A stretch of DNA of 43,075 bases from Candidatus Coatesbacteria bacterium (GTDB lineage: Bacteria; JAFGND01), in assembly GCA_016927185.1 (NCBI GenBank), contig JAFGND010000101.1:1-43075 (forward strand). The letters run 5' to 3'. Position 1 is the first letter of the stretch. Each line of letters starts with the position of its first letter. Below the pieces are notes generated by a model. The model made no database searches, was not told the origin of the DNA, and saw only the letters and a list, made by a program, of their open reading frames with translations. Of this stretch, positions 8,848 through 18,327 are shown in pieces. The position numbers were made by a program, and so were the translations under genes.

Positions 8848-10216
8848 GTCTGTATTGCATAGTCTTGTAAGTATAACCAAGCAGGTTTGCAGCTTCCTTT
8901 ATCTTTCCATTTGACTGTTTCATGGCATTTATTATCATGCTTTTTTCCATTTCAGCCATGTTAATGCCTTCTTCGGGAAGATTTTTGAAGTCTGCCTGAG
9001 TGGATTTGCTGTTATTAACAGCAAGCTGCTGTTCGAAAGATGATGACTTGATTGGAAAGTCCTCTTCATCCAGAATTTCCTTGTCAGACAAGACAAGCAT
9101 TCTTTCAATTGTATTTTCAAGCTGCCTTACATTTCCTCTCCAGTCATAATCGCATATCAGTTTCATTAGCTTAGGTGACAGCCTGGGTTTTTTCGAATTA
9201 TTCCTCTCTGCAAAATTGTCTATGAAATATCCAGCAAGAAGTGGTATATCATCTTTTCTTTCCCTCAATGGAGGAAGATGTATTGGAATAACATTAAGCC
9301 TCCAGTATAAATCTTCCCTGAACTCACCTTTCTTGATTGAATCAACAAGATTTTCGGAAGATGCTGATATTATTCTTACATCGAATTTTATCGGTTTCTT
9401 GCCTCCGATGTGCATGATTTCTCTTTCCTGCAGGGCGCGAAGAAGTTTTGCCTGCAAATCCTTTCTCAATGAACCTATTTCATCAAGAAACAAGGTTCCT
9501 CCATTTGCTGCCTCGAAGAAACCTATTGAAGTCTGATTTGCACCTGTGAAAGATCCTTTCTCGAACCCAAAAAATTCGCTTTCAAGCAGATTTTCCGGGA
9601 TTGCTGCACAATTTGCTGCAATAAACGGTTTCTTCTTCCTGTTGCCTTCATAATGTATTGTTTTTGCAACAACTTCCTTTCCTGTTCCGCTTTCCCCTGT
9701 GATCAGTATGGATACATCCTTGTTAAGGACTTTCTCTATGAGAGTATATATTTCCTGCATAGACTTACTCTTGCCCACAAGTTTTCCGAAAGTGAATCTC
9801 TCTTCAAGCTGTTTGTGAAGATAAGCATTTTCTTCCTGCAGTTCTGTTGTCCTTAGTCCTTTCTGGATAGACAATATAAGTTTGTCTTTCGTGAAGGGTT
9901 TTTCAAGGTAATCTATTGCTCCCTCCTTCATTGCATCTACAGCTGAGCTTATTGAACCATATGCAGTTATCACTACAACAGCAAGAGAGGGATAATTCTC
10001 CCTGATTCTCTTAAGTAAGCTCATTCCATCAAGCTCTGGCATATTTATGTCAGTTAATACCAGCTTGTAATTCTGGTTTTGTATCTTATCCCATGCCTGC
10101 AAGCCATTTTCAGCAAGATCAACCTTATATCTAGACATTTCAAGTATGGTGCCTATGATTTCTCTCTGGGATTTATCGTCCTCAACAACAAGTATCTTCT
10201 GTTCCATGCTCTTCAA
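8807..10216 (-). CDS. Sigma-54-dependent response regulator (NtrC/AtoC family)
   Basis: Receiver domain (VEDD, LTDINMP, KPF); AAA+ domain with GESGTGKE, GSFTGA loop, LFLDE and FREDLYWRLNV; C-terminal Fis-type HTH. Confidence 0.95.
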   Translation of the reverse strand: MKSMEQKILVVEDDKSQREIIGTILEMSRYKVDLAENGLQAWDKIQNQNYKLVLTDINMPELDGMSLLKRIRENYPSLAVVVITAYGSISSAVDAMKEGAIDYLEKPFTKDKLILSIQKGLRTTELQEENAYLHKQLEERFTFGKLVGKSKSMQEIYTLIEKVLNKDVSILITGESGTGKEVVAKTIHYEGNRKKKPFIAANCAAIPENLLESEFFGFEKGSFTGANQTSIGFFEAANGGTLFLDEIGSLRKDLQAKLLRALQEREIMHIGGKKPIKFDVRIISASSENLVDSIKKGEFREDLYWRLNVIPIHLPPLRERKDDIPLLAGYFIDNFAERNNSKKPRLSPKLMKLICDYDWRGNVRQLENTIERMLVLSDKEILDEEDFPIKSSSFEQQLAVNNSKSTQADFKNLPEEGINMAEMEKSMIINAMKQSNGKIKEAANLLGYTYKTMQYRLKKYNLLQLKDKK

Positions 10217-11564
10217 TCGGTAAATAAATGGTTATTTTGTCAAATACATTATTATCTTCATTAACCATGATTTTTCCACCGTGTTCTGTTGCTATAATTG
10301 AATGAATGAGACTGAGGCTCAATGATGATGAATGCTCTTTTGTTTTGTAGAAATAATCGAAAATTCTATCAAGAGAGCTCATTTGCATACTGGAATTTAT
10401 GATTTCAAAAGCTATCATGCATTGATTGCCTTCATCATTCTTTCTGACAGAAATTTTTATCATCTGACCTTCATGGGATTCCTTGAACAGATTCCCCAGA
10501 ATTCTGTAGAAGACAACCTTCATTGCCTCCCTTTTTGCCATGATTTTTGTTGGCTCTGTATCAACAAGAACTCTTATTGGCTTGTTCTTGAATTCAATTT
10601 TCATTACATTTATAATATTCAGGATTATCTGATCAATATTAAGGCATTCAGTTTTTTCATTTCTTGTTATTGACGGGAGCTTGTTCTTGAGAGTCTGATT
10701 CAACTTCTCCACTTCCTCGGATATCTTGCTGGAAAATTTGTTGAAATTCTCCTGCTTGATGGGATCATCAGATGTCAGGTTGTCAAGAAGTATATTCATG
10801 CTTAATGTCAGTGTATTAAGGGGATTATTTATTTCATGCTCCATTTCTGTTGTGAAGTGACCAACCATTGATAATTTATCCATTTTCTCTTTCAGTTCGT
10901 TCAGTTTGGAAACAAGCTCATAGTTTTTCACTATCTCGTTATAAGACTTGCTTAATTTGATGAATTCCCTCATTTTAGGCTCATCAAGTCTGGAAGAAAA
11001 ATTTCCATCAGCAAGATCACTCATTGCATTGGAGATTTTTTCAAGCGGTTTCATTATGGAAATAATCATGAATGCAAATGCAAGTGAAGACAGTATAAAA
11101 GTAGCTGAAAGAACAATCATGAGCTTGTTCCTGAAGCTGTTTAAATTGTTCTTGTAATTCTGTATTGATAAGGCTGTAAGACCTGGTGTCTTCATAGTTT
11201 CAGGGTGCGAGATAATTTTCTTCTTTTCTATATGAATGACTGGTCTTTCAACTATTCTCGGTATGAAAAAAGGGATTTCATTGAAATTATTGAAATTGCT
11301 AGTTACCCTCATTAATTCTTCAAAGACTGGATCATTCATGTTTATATTGTTGGATATCTCCCTGTTATAAACAATTCTGAACTGAAGATGCTTTTCCTGA
11401 AGTTTTTCAGCTTCTCCTATCATAGCCTTCTCGTGTACTGAGAACAAATGAAGTATTACAGCAAGGACAAGCAACTGGAAAACTATCAGAACAAAAATTG
11501 AAATAACAAAAATACTTCTGAAAAAACTCAGTTTCACATTAATATTTAGCAAAATTAATGCCAT
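10182..11564 (-). CDS. HAMP sensor histidine kinase-like protein with a degenerate ATP-binding domain; probable true start is GTG at 11537
   Basis: Two TM helices, HAMP domain and H-box HEINNPL; the N, G1 and G2 boxes are degenerate (see findings). Confidence 0.85.
   Translation of the reverse strand: MALILLNINVKLSFFRSIFVISIFVLIVFQLLVLAVILHLFSVHEKAMIGEAEKLQEKHLQFRIVYNREISNNINMNDPVFEELMRVTSNFNNFNEIPFFIPRIVERPVIHIEKKKIISHPETMKTPGLTALSIQNYKNNLNSFRNKLMIVLSATFILSSLAFAFMIISIMKPLEKISNAMSDLADGNFSSRLDEPKMREFIKLSKSYNEIVKNYELVSKLNELKEKMDKLSMVGHFTTEMEHEINNPLNTLTLSMNILLDNLTSDDPIKQENFNKFSSKISEEVEKLNQTLKNKLPSITRNEKTECLNIDQIILNIINVMKIEFKNKPIRVLVDTEPTKIMAKREAMKVVFYRILGNLFKESHEGQMIKISVRKNDEGNQCMIAFEIINSSMQMSSLDRIFDYFYKTKEHSSSLSLSLIHSIIATEHGGKIMVNEDNNVFDKITIYLPIEEHGTEDTCC
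11548..11563 (-). promoter_or_regulatory. Sigma-54 -24/-12 promoter
   Basis: The minus strand reads TGGCATTAATTTTGCT, with GG and GC separated by exactly 10 nt. It points into the kinase/sigma-54 activator operon. Confidence 0.65.
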
Positions 11565-11601
11565 ACAAGGATGCTGTCCCTATAAGGATTTTTCAAATTT
11601 A

Positions 11602-11642
11602 TTTATACCCCATTTGGGGTAATGCCTCATTTGGGGTATAAA
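11602..11642. promoter_or_regulatory. Tandem palindromic sites, candidate enhancer (UAS) for the NtrC-family activator
   Basis: TACCCCA-TT-TGGGGTA (11606-11621) and TGCCTCA-TT-TGGGGTA (11623-11638). The outer arms TTTATACCCCA / TGGGGTATAAA are also a perfect inverted repeat. Confidence 0.6.
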
Positions 11643-11661
11643 ATTATTACTTGAAAAAAAA

Positions 11662-12459
11662 ATGGTTAAAATAAAAACTATCAACATGAATTGTTACAGG
11701 GATATTGGAATAGTACTTCATAATCAACCATTCCAGGAAACCAGCATGATAATAAGGGTTTTCACGAAAGAATACGGGATACTGTCTTTCCTGATAAAAG
11801 GTGCTGCAAGAATGAAGAAACTTCCTCCAGCAGTTTATAATCCACTTTCTTTTATCAGGATAAGCTGGAGTTCTCCTGACAGAGGAAAACTCATTAATCC
11901 CAATTCTCTGGAATGCATTGTTTCATTCGGTTTTTCTTATGAACACTATTTCCAGACAATAATTGCACAAGATGTAGTTTTCCTGATTTACAAAACATGG
12001 AATCATGAATTGCCTGACAGAAGGCTTTTTGCAGATATGCTGAGGCTTCTCAAACTTCTTGAAAGCAGCAACCTTCAGACAGCCTTATGGTTGTATGTAT
12101 GGTTTGTTCTTGAACTTCTTGATTTACATGGATTTATGCTGAACCTGCTTACGTGTCAGAATTGCCAGAAAGTAATAGCAAACCAGATTACCTGGTTACC
12201 AAAGATGGCAGAAGGCATTGTTGGAAGCTGCTGCATATCAACACATCAAAAAGACACCTCGCTTGAACTGGGAAATGAAATACGGGAAAAGCTTATTTTC
12301 TTGCAAATGAAAGGATTGCCTCCAGTAGATGATTTTCCTGAAGAGGAAATAAGAAGGCTTGTAGAAGAACTTGTTTTACTTCACTTTTCTTATAAAAATA
12401 TAAGAAATGGTATTTTCTCAAGAAGCAGCTGGTACAATTTAATGGAGAGTTTGAAATGA
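11662..12459 (+). CDS. recO: DNA repair protein RecO (probable start near 11686)
   Basis: GIVL...FQETSMIIRVFTKEYG...KGAAR OB-fold start; Cys-containing zinc-finger region CQNC...GSCC. Confidence 0.88.
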   Translation: MVKIKTINMNCYRDIGIVLHNQPFQETSMIIRVFTKEYGILSFLIKGAARMKKLPPAVYNPLSFIRISWSSPDRGKLINPNSLECIVSFGFSYEHYFQTIIAQDVVFLIYKTWNHELPDRRLFADMLRLLKLLESSNLQTALWLYVWFVLELLDLHGFMLNLLTCQNCQKVIANQITWLPKMAEGIVGSCCISTHQKDTSLELGNEIREKLIFLQMKGLPPVDDFPEEEIRRLVEELVLLHFSYKNIRNGIFSRSSWYNLMESLK

Positions 12460-12956
12460 TACATGTATATTCAGGAAATGGAAAAGGAAAGACAAGCTCA
12501 GCAATGGGAGCTGCTATAAGAGCTGCAGGAGCAGGATTGAAAGTCCTTGTAATACAGTTTCTAAAGGGCAGGAAGAGCAGCGAACTTGATATTTTAAAGA
12601 ACATCAATAATATAAGGGTTTTCAATTATGGAAGAACTGATTTCGTATTTGATGTTACTGATGAGGATATTTCCTTGGCAGGCAAGGCATTAGACAAACT
12701 ATTCTCAGAAAACGAAGATTTCAATCCTGATGTAATAATTCTTGATGAAATACTTGATGCAATAGAACTGAAATTGATTGATATTTCTTTAGTTATGAGT
12801 TTTCTTATAACCAACGGGAAAAACAAGGAAATATTACTTACCGGTCATAATGCAGATGGCAGAATTCTTGAACTGGCAGATCTTGTAACAGAAATGACAA
12901 GCAGGAAGCATTATCATGACAGGGGAATCGGGGCTCGTAAAGGCATTGAATATTAA
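12456..12956 (+). CDS. cobO: Cob(I)alamin adenosyltransferase (CobO/BtuR family)
   Basis: YSGNGKGKTSSAMG, IQFLKG, ILDE, LTG and ARKGIEY motifs. Confidence 0.93.
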   Translation: MIHVYSGNGKGKTSSAMGAAIRAAGAGLKVLVIQFLKGRKSSELDILKNINNIRVFNYGRTDFVFDVTDEDISLAGKALDKLFSENEDFNPDVIILDEILDAIELKLIDISLVMSFLITNGKNKEILLTGHNADGRILELADLVTEMTSRKHYHDRGIGARKGIEY

Positions 12957-12970
12957 GGACTTATGAAATA

Positions 12971-14158
12971 ATGAAAATAGTTCACTTGTTCCAGTTCACT
13001 CCATGGATACAGGCAAGAATTTATCCGGTTTTTCTTGGACTTGCTGAGCTTGGACATGAGATGACTGCAATTGTAACTCATCCCTCTAGAATGTTTGGTG
13101 TAACGCAAAGAGAGGAAAAAGGTTACACCATTATTGAAGTTCCATCTTTTTATCCAGGCAGATTAAGAAACGGATGGTGTCTTTATGATACCTTATTGAG
13201 AATCAATGAATTAAGACAAATGGGATGTTCTTTCGATATTGCTCATGGCTTTGATCACAGACCTAATGTAGTTTTCCCTCTTATATACCTTCAGAAGAAA
13301 TGCCCAGATATCTGTATTCTTACTGACTGGAATGACTGGTGGGGCAGAGGTGGACTTGTTGTAGAGAACAGACCTTTTGGCTGGGCACAGACATTCGGTC
13401 ACATAGAGACTTATTTTGAGGAGAATTTCAGGAAAAGATTTGATGGTGTAACAACAATATCAACTGCGCTTAGAGAAAGAGCAGTGAAACTTGGAATTCC
13501 TGAAGAAAAGGTTGAATACATAAGAGGAGCAGCACTTTCCAGTCATTTTAAACCAGTTGACAGGCTTGAAAACAGAAAAAGGTTCAATTTGCCTGATGAC
13601 AAGATAATTCTTGGATGGACAGGTTTTGGAAGACTTGGAGTGGATCTCATGTTCAGAACCTTGAAAGTCCTTGATAGCAAAGGGATTGATTATGCATTTT
13701 TATATACAGGAAAGACAAATCCTGACTGGAAGAAATTCAAGCCTCAACTTGATGAAAGGAAAATATTCAATTTCGGTATAATAGACTGGGATACATTGCC
13801 TTACCTTTTATCATGTGTTGATATTTTTCTGCTTCCATTTCCATATAAAACAGCAAATCTTGGAAAATGGCCTAACAAGCTTGGGGATTATATATCGCTT
13901 GGAAGACCGTATATTACAAATCCAACAGGAGACGTGAAAACATTCACTGAGAAAAATGGATGCGGTATTCTTGTTGATGAGAACCCAGAAAGTTTTGCCA
14001 ACGCTATTATGTATCTTATTGATAATGAAGATGTTAGAAAGAAGATGGGAGAGAAAGGAAGACATGCTTCTGAGAATGATATCTCTCCTGTTGCTATTGC
14101 AAGGGATCTTGAGGCATTCTATTCCAGGATAATGAATATGAAAAAAGGAATCAGTTAA
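12971..14158 (+). CDS. GT4-family (GT-B) glycosyltransferase
   Basis: LAELGHE, TTISTAL, DIFLLP and PNKLGDYISLGRPYI motifs; MGEKGR tail. Confidence 0.88.
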   Translation: MKIVHLFQFTPWIQARIYPVFLGLAELGHEMTAIVTHPSRMFGVTQREEKGYTIIEVPSFYPGRLRNGWCLYDTLLRINELRQMGCSFDIAHGFDHRPNVVFPLIYLQKKCPDICILTDWNDWWGRGGLVVENRPFGWAQTFGHIETYFEENFRKRFDGVTTISTALRERAVKLGIPEEKVEYIRGAALSSHFKPVDRLENRKRFNLPDDKIILGWTGFGRLGVDLMFRTLKVLDSKGIDYAFLYTGKTNPDWKKFKPQLDERKIFNFGIIDWDTLPYLLSCVDIFLLPFPYKTANLGKWPNKLGDYISLGRPYITNPTGDVKTFTEKNGCGILVDENPESFANAIMYLIDNEDVRKKMGEKGRHASENDISPVAIARDLEAFYSRIMNMKKGIS

Positions 14159-16091
14159 CACTATCAATTTTATAGAGTTCCAGATTTCCTGGCGTGTGAA
14201 ATATCTTTCTCTTGATGTCTGATAGAGGGATTTTCCATTCTATATCTGGGATCTTTATTCCGTTGTCCAGTATAAACTTATCTATATCTTCATTCGCTCT
14301 TCCAGGAGGAGGTGCAGGAGGCATTGAAGCATTTGAAACATCATGATGTTCTGGAGGCTTGTGCATCAAGAAGAAGCTAATCTCTTTATTCTCAATCATT
14401 TTCTTCATTTCATCAACTGAAATTATTCTGTCGTTTCCAGTGAAACCTCCATATACAAGAACTGGCTTGCCTGTTGATATGATTAAAGTTGAGGCATACA
14501 AGTTAACATTACTTGTTGCGAGCAGGAATTTCTTTCTGCTGTTTTCCCTTGCAAGATAATTTGCTAATGTATTTAAATGCAAATACATAGGCTCGAAGCC
14601 CTTGATGTTCCTGCTACTCAAGACATCATTTTCAAGTTCATTCCCTGAATATGGAAGCATTACATTGCCACCGTATCTTATTGGATAATAAGACCATATG
14701 GCTGGAGCAAGGAAAAGCACTGCCATGGAGGTCAGCAAGGTCATTCTTGCAAGTCCCTTGTTTCCAATGATTTGCAGTGACAAAAAAATTGTTACAATAG
14801 ATAAACCTGCTATTGTATAGATAATCCAGTAATTCCATGTATGATAATAAGATATGATGAAGCACTGACTCATTACGGAAACCAGAAAGATAATTGACAC
14901 AATTAATTTATGAAATCTGCTTCTCCTGCAAAAAGTGGAAAGCTTCTCGAAGATTATGCCTGAAAGCATACCAGCTGCTGGGGTAATCATTATCAAATAA
15001 TATCTATGAAAGATCCCCGATGTGAAGCTGAAATATAAAGCCATTATAAAGAACCATATGCACCAGAATGCAAGTGCTTGCTTCTCATTGGTTTCCATCT
15101 CCCTGTAACCCGCAATTACCAACACAAGACCAGACAGTATGAATCCTATAAACCAGCTAGCTTGTGCTGCAAGTTCCTTCCTGAATAATCTTGTTATCCC
15201 CGGAAATCCTGTTTCCGCGAAAGATGGAGGGATTTTATCCATGGGATGCAACGATTTATCTTTATGATCATCCTTTTTTCCTGTAATCATTCCCCTGTCT
15301 ACTCCAGATATTCTTGCAAGACCATTATGCCCTGTTACTAGCTCCAGCATTGAATTGGAAGGGCTTGCTGTAACAAAAGGCTTTTTTCCTGAAGATAAAT
15401 CGTAGTATACTGACCAGGACAGTGAAATAATTATCATTATTACAGTTGCTGGTATAACATGGATTATTTTCCATTTATCTTTCCTGTAATATGCTTTAAG
15501 AAAAAAGAAATAAATCACAGGAAGTATCATATATGCCTGAAGCATCTTTATATTGAAGCCTATTCCAGTAAGTATAAGGGAAGCATAGAAATACAAGATT
15601 GATTTTCTTGAAATGAATTTCAGGAATAGTAATGCGGAGATTAATAGTACAAGAAGCAGGACAGCATCCATTGTATTGTTTCTGCAAGTTGCTATAAAAA
15701 CAGGTGATAATAGCATGACAAGAGAAGCAGTCATGGCTGTAATTCTTCCAAATGATTGCCTTGCAATGATATATAGAACAATGCCTGACAGGACTCCTGA
15801 GATTCCCTGAGGAAGCATGATTACCCATCCCTTGAAACCAAGTATTAATGCAAATATTGCCTGTATCCATAATCCAAGCGGAGGTTTTCCTGCCCCGAGA
15901 AATCCTGCAGGATCATATGATGCATAAAGGAAATTCCAGAAACCAGTAGTCATGCTGTAAACTGTTGCAGCATAAAAGGTATTTCCGAATCCTTCCTGGA
16001 TAATCTTGAAGAAGTTGAAAAAGACCGATATTGCTGCCAAGGCTGACAGGTACAAATAATCCTTCTGGTCAAGTTTTCTGTTTTCTTTCAT
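14151..16091 (-). CDS. GT39/ArnT-like membrane glycosyltransferase (YkcB-like)
   Basis: GNTFYAATVYSM, KPPLGLW, RNNTMD, GFNIKMLQA, HNGLARI, FHRYY and YGGFTGND motifs. The ATG at 16091 is preferred over the TTG at 16139. Confidence 0.85.
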   Translation of the reverse strand: MKENRKLDQKDYLYLSALAAISVFFNFFKIIQEGFGNTFYAATVYSMTTGFWNFLYASYDPAGFLGAGKPPLGLWIQAIFALILGFKGWVIMLPQGISGVLSGIVLYIIARQSFGRITAMTASLVMLLSPVFIATCRNNTMDAVLLLVLLISALLFLKFISRKSILYFYASLILTGIGFNIKMLQAYMILPVIYFFFLKAYYRKDKWKIIHVIPATVIMIIISLSWSVYYDLSSGKKPFVTASPSNSMLELVTGHNGLARISGVDRGMITGKKDDHKDKSLHPMDKIPPSFAETGFPGITRLFRKELAAQASWFIGFILSGLVLVIAGYREMETNEKQALAFWCIWFFIMALYFSFTSGIFHRYYLIMITPAAGMLSGIIFEKLSTFCRRSRFHKLIVSIIFLVSVMSQCFIISYYHTWNYWIIYTIAGLSIVTIFLSLQIIGNKGLARMTLLTSMAVLFLAPAIWSYYPIRYGGNVMLPYSGNELENDVLSSRNIKGFEPMYLHLNTLANYLARENSRKKFLLATSNVNLYASTLIISTGKPVLVYGGFTGNDRIISVDEMKKMIENKEISFFLMHKPPEHHDVSNASMPPAPPPGRANEDIDKFILDNGIKIPDIEWKIPLSDIKRKIFHTPGNLELYKIDSVN

Positions 16092-16221
16092 AAATATAAT
16101 TCTCTCATGCAGATCCTTATCTATTACAAAACAAGTCAAGAAATTAATATCAAGGTTTTGATGCTTGACAAGAAAAGGCTTAGATTAGGGTGATTGCTTT
16201 TGTTTGGAAGGAGTGTAAGAA

Positions 16222-17811
16222 ATGGAACCTGCACGAACACGCATTGCACCGTCACCTACAGGAGATCCTCATGTTGGAACTGCTTATCAGGCAATCTTTG
16301 ACAAGGCTTTTGCTGAAAAAACTGGTGGTCAATTCATTCTGAGGATTGAAGATACGGATCAGGTGCGCTCAAGACCTGAATATGAGCTGAAAATCATAAA
16401 TTGCCTGAAATGGCTGAAACTTGACTGGGATGAAGGTCCTGATATTGGCGGACCTTATGCTCCTTACAGGCAAAGCGAGAGAACCGAAATCTACAGGGAA
16501 CATATAAAAATTCTTCTTGAGAAAGGTTTTGCATATTATTGTTTTTGTACAGCAGATGAACTTGAGCATTTGAGGCAGGAGCAGAAAATTGCAAAGCTTC
16601 CTCCAGGATATTTTGGGGAATATTCACCATGCAGAAAGCTCACCGAAGATGAAGTGAGAAGCAAGATAAAGGCAGGCATTCCTTATGTAATACGCTTGAA
16701 GGTGCCAATTGATGAAGGGGAAGTAAGCTTCTTTGACAGCATAAGAAAAAAGCAGCTTGTGAAAAAGTTCAAGGAAATTGATGATCAGGTATTGCTGAAG
16801 AGTGATGGTTTTCCAACATATCATCTTGCCAATGTTGTTGATGATTACCTCATGAAAATAAACACGGTCATAAGAGGAGAGGAATGGATACCATCCACAT
16901 TCAAGCATGTGCTTATATATCAGGGATTTGGCTGGAAACTCCCTCAGTTCTACCACCTGGCTTTGCTGAGAAATCCTGACTCGCAGAAAAGCAAGATAAG
17001 CAAGAGGAAGAATCCAGTTTCTCTTGAATGGTTCAGGGCAGCAGGTTATTCACCAGAAATTCTTGTTAATTATCTTGCATTGATGGCTTATTCCTTGCCT
17101 GAAGGGATTGAAAGGTTCAGTTTCAGTGAACTTGTCAATTCATTCAATCCAGACAGGCTTTCAGCAGCAGGTCCTGCTTTTGATTTCGTGAAGCTGGATT
17201 CCTTTAATACTGAATATCTCTCTCATACTGATACAGTTTCTTTCAGGAAACACTTGAAGGAAAGGCTTGACTACCTGGAGGAATATCTTGGTGAAGACCT
17301 TTTCAAGCAAATGATGGAAAGATTCAAGCCTCTCAGCCAGGAAGTTGGTTATTGGACTGATTTCTTCTTCAAGACAAAGCTGCAATATAACAGGGAGGAT
17401 ATTGAAGGAATAAAACCACTTTCAATAACTGATGTAAAGACATTTTCAGAGATCTTGAATAAATGGCTTAAGGAAAAGGGAAGTCTTTTCGAAAACCTTC
17501 CTGTAATTCCTGAAGAGATAATTACTGAAGCGGGTAAGGAAAACATGAATCCAGGGATATTCGCAGTTTACAAGGCGATAAACAATATAGTCAATGATAC
17601 TGATTTCCATGGCAGCCTGCTGAAGAGGAATTTTCCTGATACATTTAAAGAGAAAATACCCAAAACTGCTTTCATGATACTCCGGATTTCATGCACTGGT
17701 TCAAAAACAAGCTTGCCTTTGTGGGAAAGCCTTCACAGGCTTGGCTATTACAGGGTAATTGCAAGACTTGATGAGTTCATTCAATTCACTTCCAGCTTAA
17801 TCAGAAAATGA
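16222..17811 (+). CDS. gltX: Glutamate--tRNA ligase
   Basis: RIAPSPTGDPHVGT (HIGH), LRIEDTD, PTYHLANVVDD, IRGEEW and KISKR (KMSKS) motifs. Confidence 0.96.
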   Translation: MEPARTRIAPSPTGDPHVGTAYQAIFDKAFAEKTGGQFILRIEDTDQVRSRPEYELKIINCLKWLKLDWDEGPDIGGPYAPYRQSERTEIYREHIKILLEKGFAYYCFCTADELEHLRQEQKIAKLPPGYFGEYSPCRKLTEDEVRSKIKAGIPYVIRLKVPIDEGEVSFFDSIRKKQLVKKFKEIDDQVLLKSDGFPTYHLANVVDDYLMKINTVIRGEEWIPSTFKHVLIYQGFGWKLPQFYHLALLRNPDSQKSKISKRKNPVSLEWFRAAGYSPEILVNYLALMAYSLPEGIERFSFSELVNSFNPDRLSAAGPAFDFVKLDSFNTEYLSHTDTVSFRKHLKERLDYLEEYLGEDLFKQMMERFKPLSQEVGYWTDFFFKTKLQYNREDIEGIKPLSITDVKTFSEILNKWLKEKGSLFENLPVIPEEIITEAGKENMNPGIFAVYKAINNIVNDTDFHGSLLKRNFPDTFKEKIPKTAFMILRISCTGSKTSLPLWESLHRLGYYRVIARLDEFIQFTSSLIRK

Positions 17812-17825
17812 GAAGGAGCTTTTGA

Positions 17826-18326
17826 TTGAAGAAATTCCTTCTGGATTTGAGGCAGGCAGAATACAGTGACAGGAAATTTGTTATTGATCTCAGTATAGAA
17901 GTATTTTCCATTTACGGTCCTTATGGGGAGATTCTGGGAGAGTACTTTAATAATCCTTATGTAATAACCAAACTCATCAGGATAAAAGAAAAATCTAATC
18001 CTGATTTCGTAAATGCCGGCTTTATAATGTTTTACATGTTCGAGGAAAACGGGGTGAATATTTGTGATATTTCTGCAATCGCCATAAAACCCGAGTTTCA
18101 GCAGAAAGGGATAGGAAGAAGTGCTCTCAGCTCTTTATGCACGGAAATATTTTATGTCTATGGGGCTCACAAGATTCAGTTATCTGTTTCGGAGACAAAC
18201 AGTTACGGAATAGAGTTCTTCAGAAAGACAGGTTTCAATATAATTGAGCCTGAAAGCGGTTACTACCCTCAAGGACAGACATCCATGAGAATGGAGCTAG
18301 TTCCTTCAGGCTTGAAAGAGAAATGA
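17826..18326 (+). CDS. GNAT acetyltransferase (RimI-like)
   Basis: IAIKPEFQQKGIG acetyl-CoA motif and N..GIEFFRKTGF; TTG start after an AAGGAG SD. Confidence 0.85.
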   Translation: MKKFLLDLRQAEYSDRKFVIDLSIEVFSIYGPYGEILGEYFNNPYVITKLIRIKEKSNPDFVNAGFIMFYMFEENGVNICDISAIAIKPEFQQKGIGRSALSSLCTEIFYVYGAHKIQLSVSETNSYGIEFFRKTGFNIIEPESGYYPQGQTSMRMELVPSGLKEK

Positions 18327-18327
18327 T

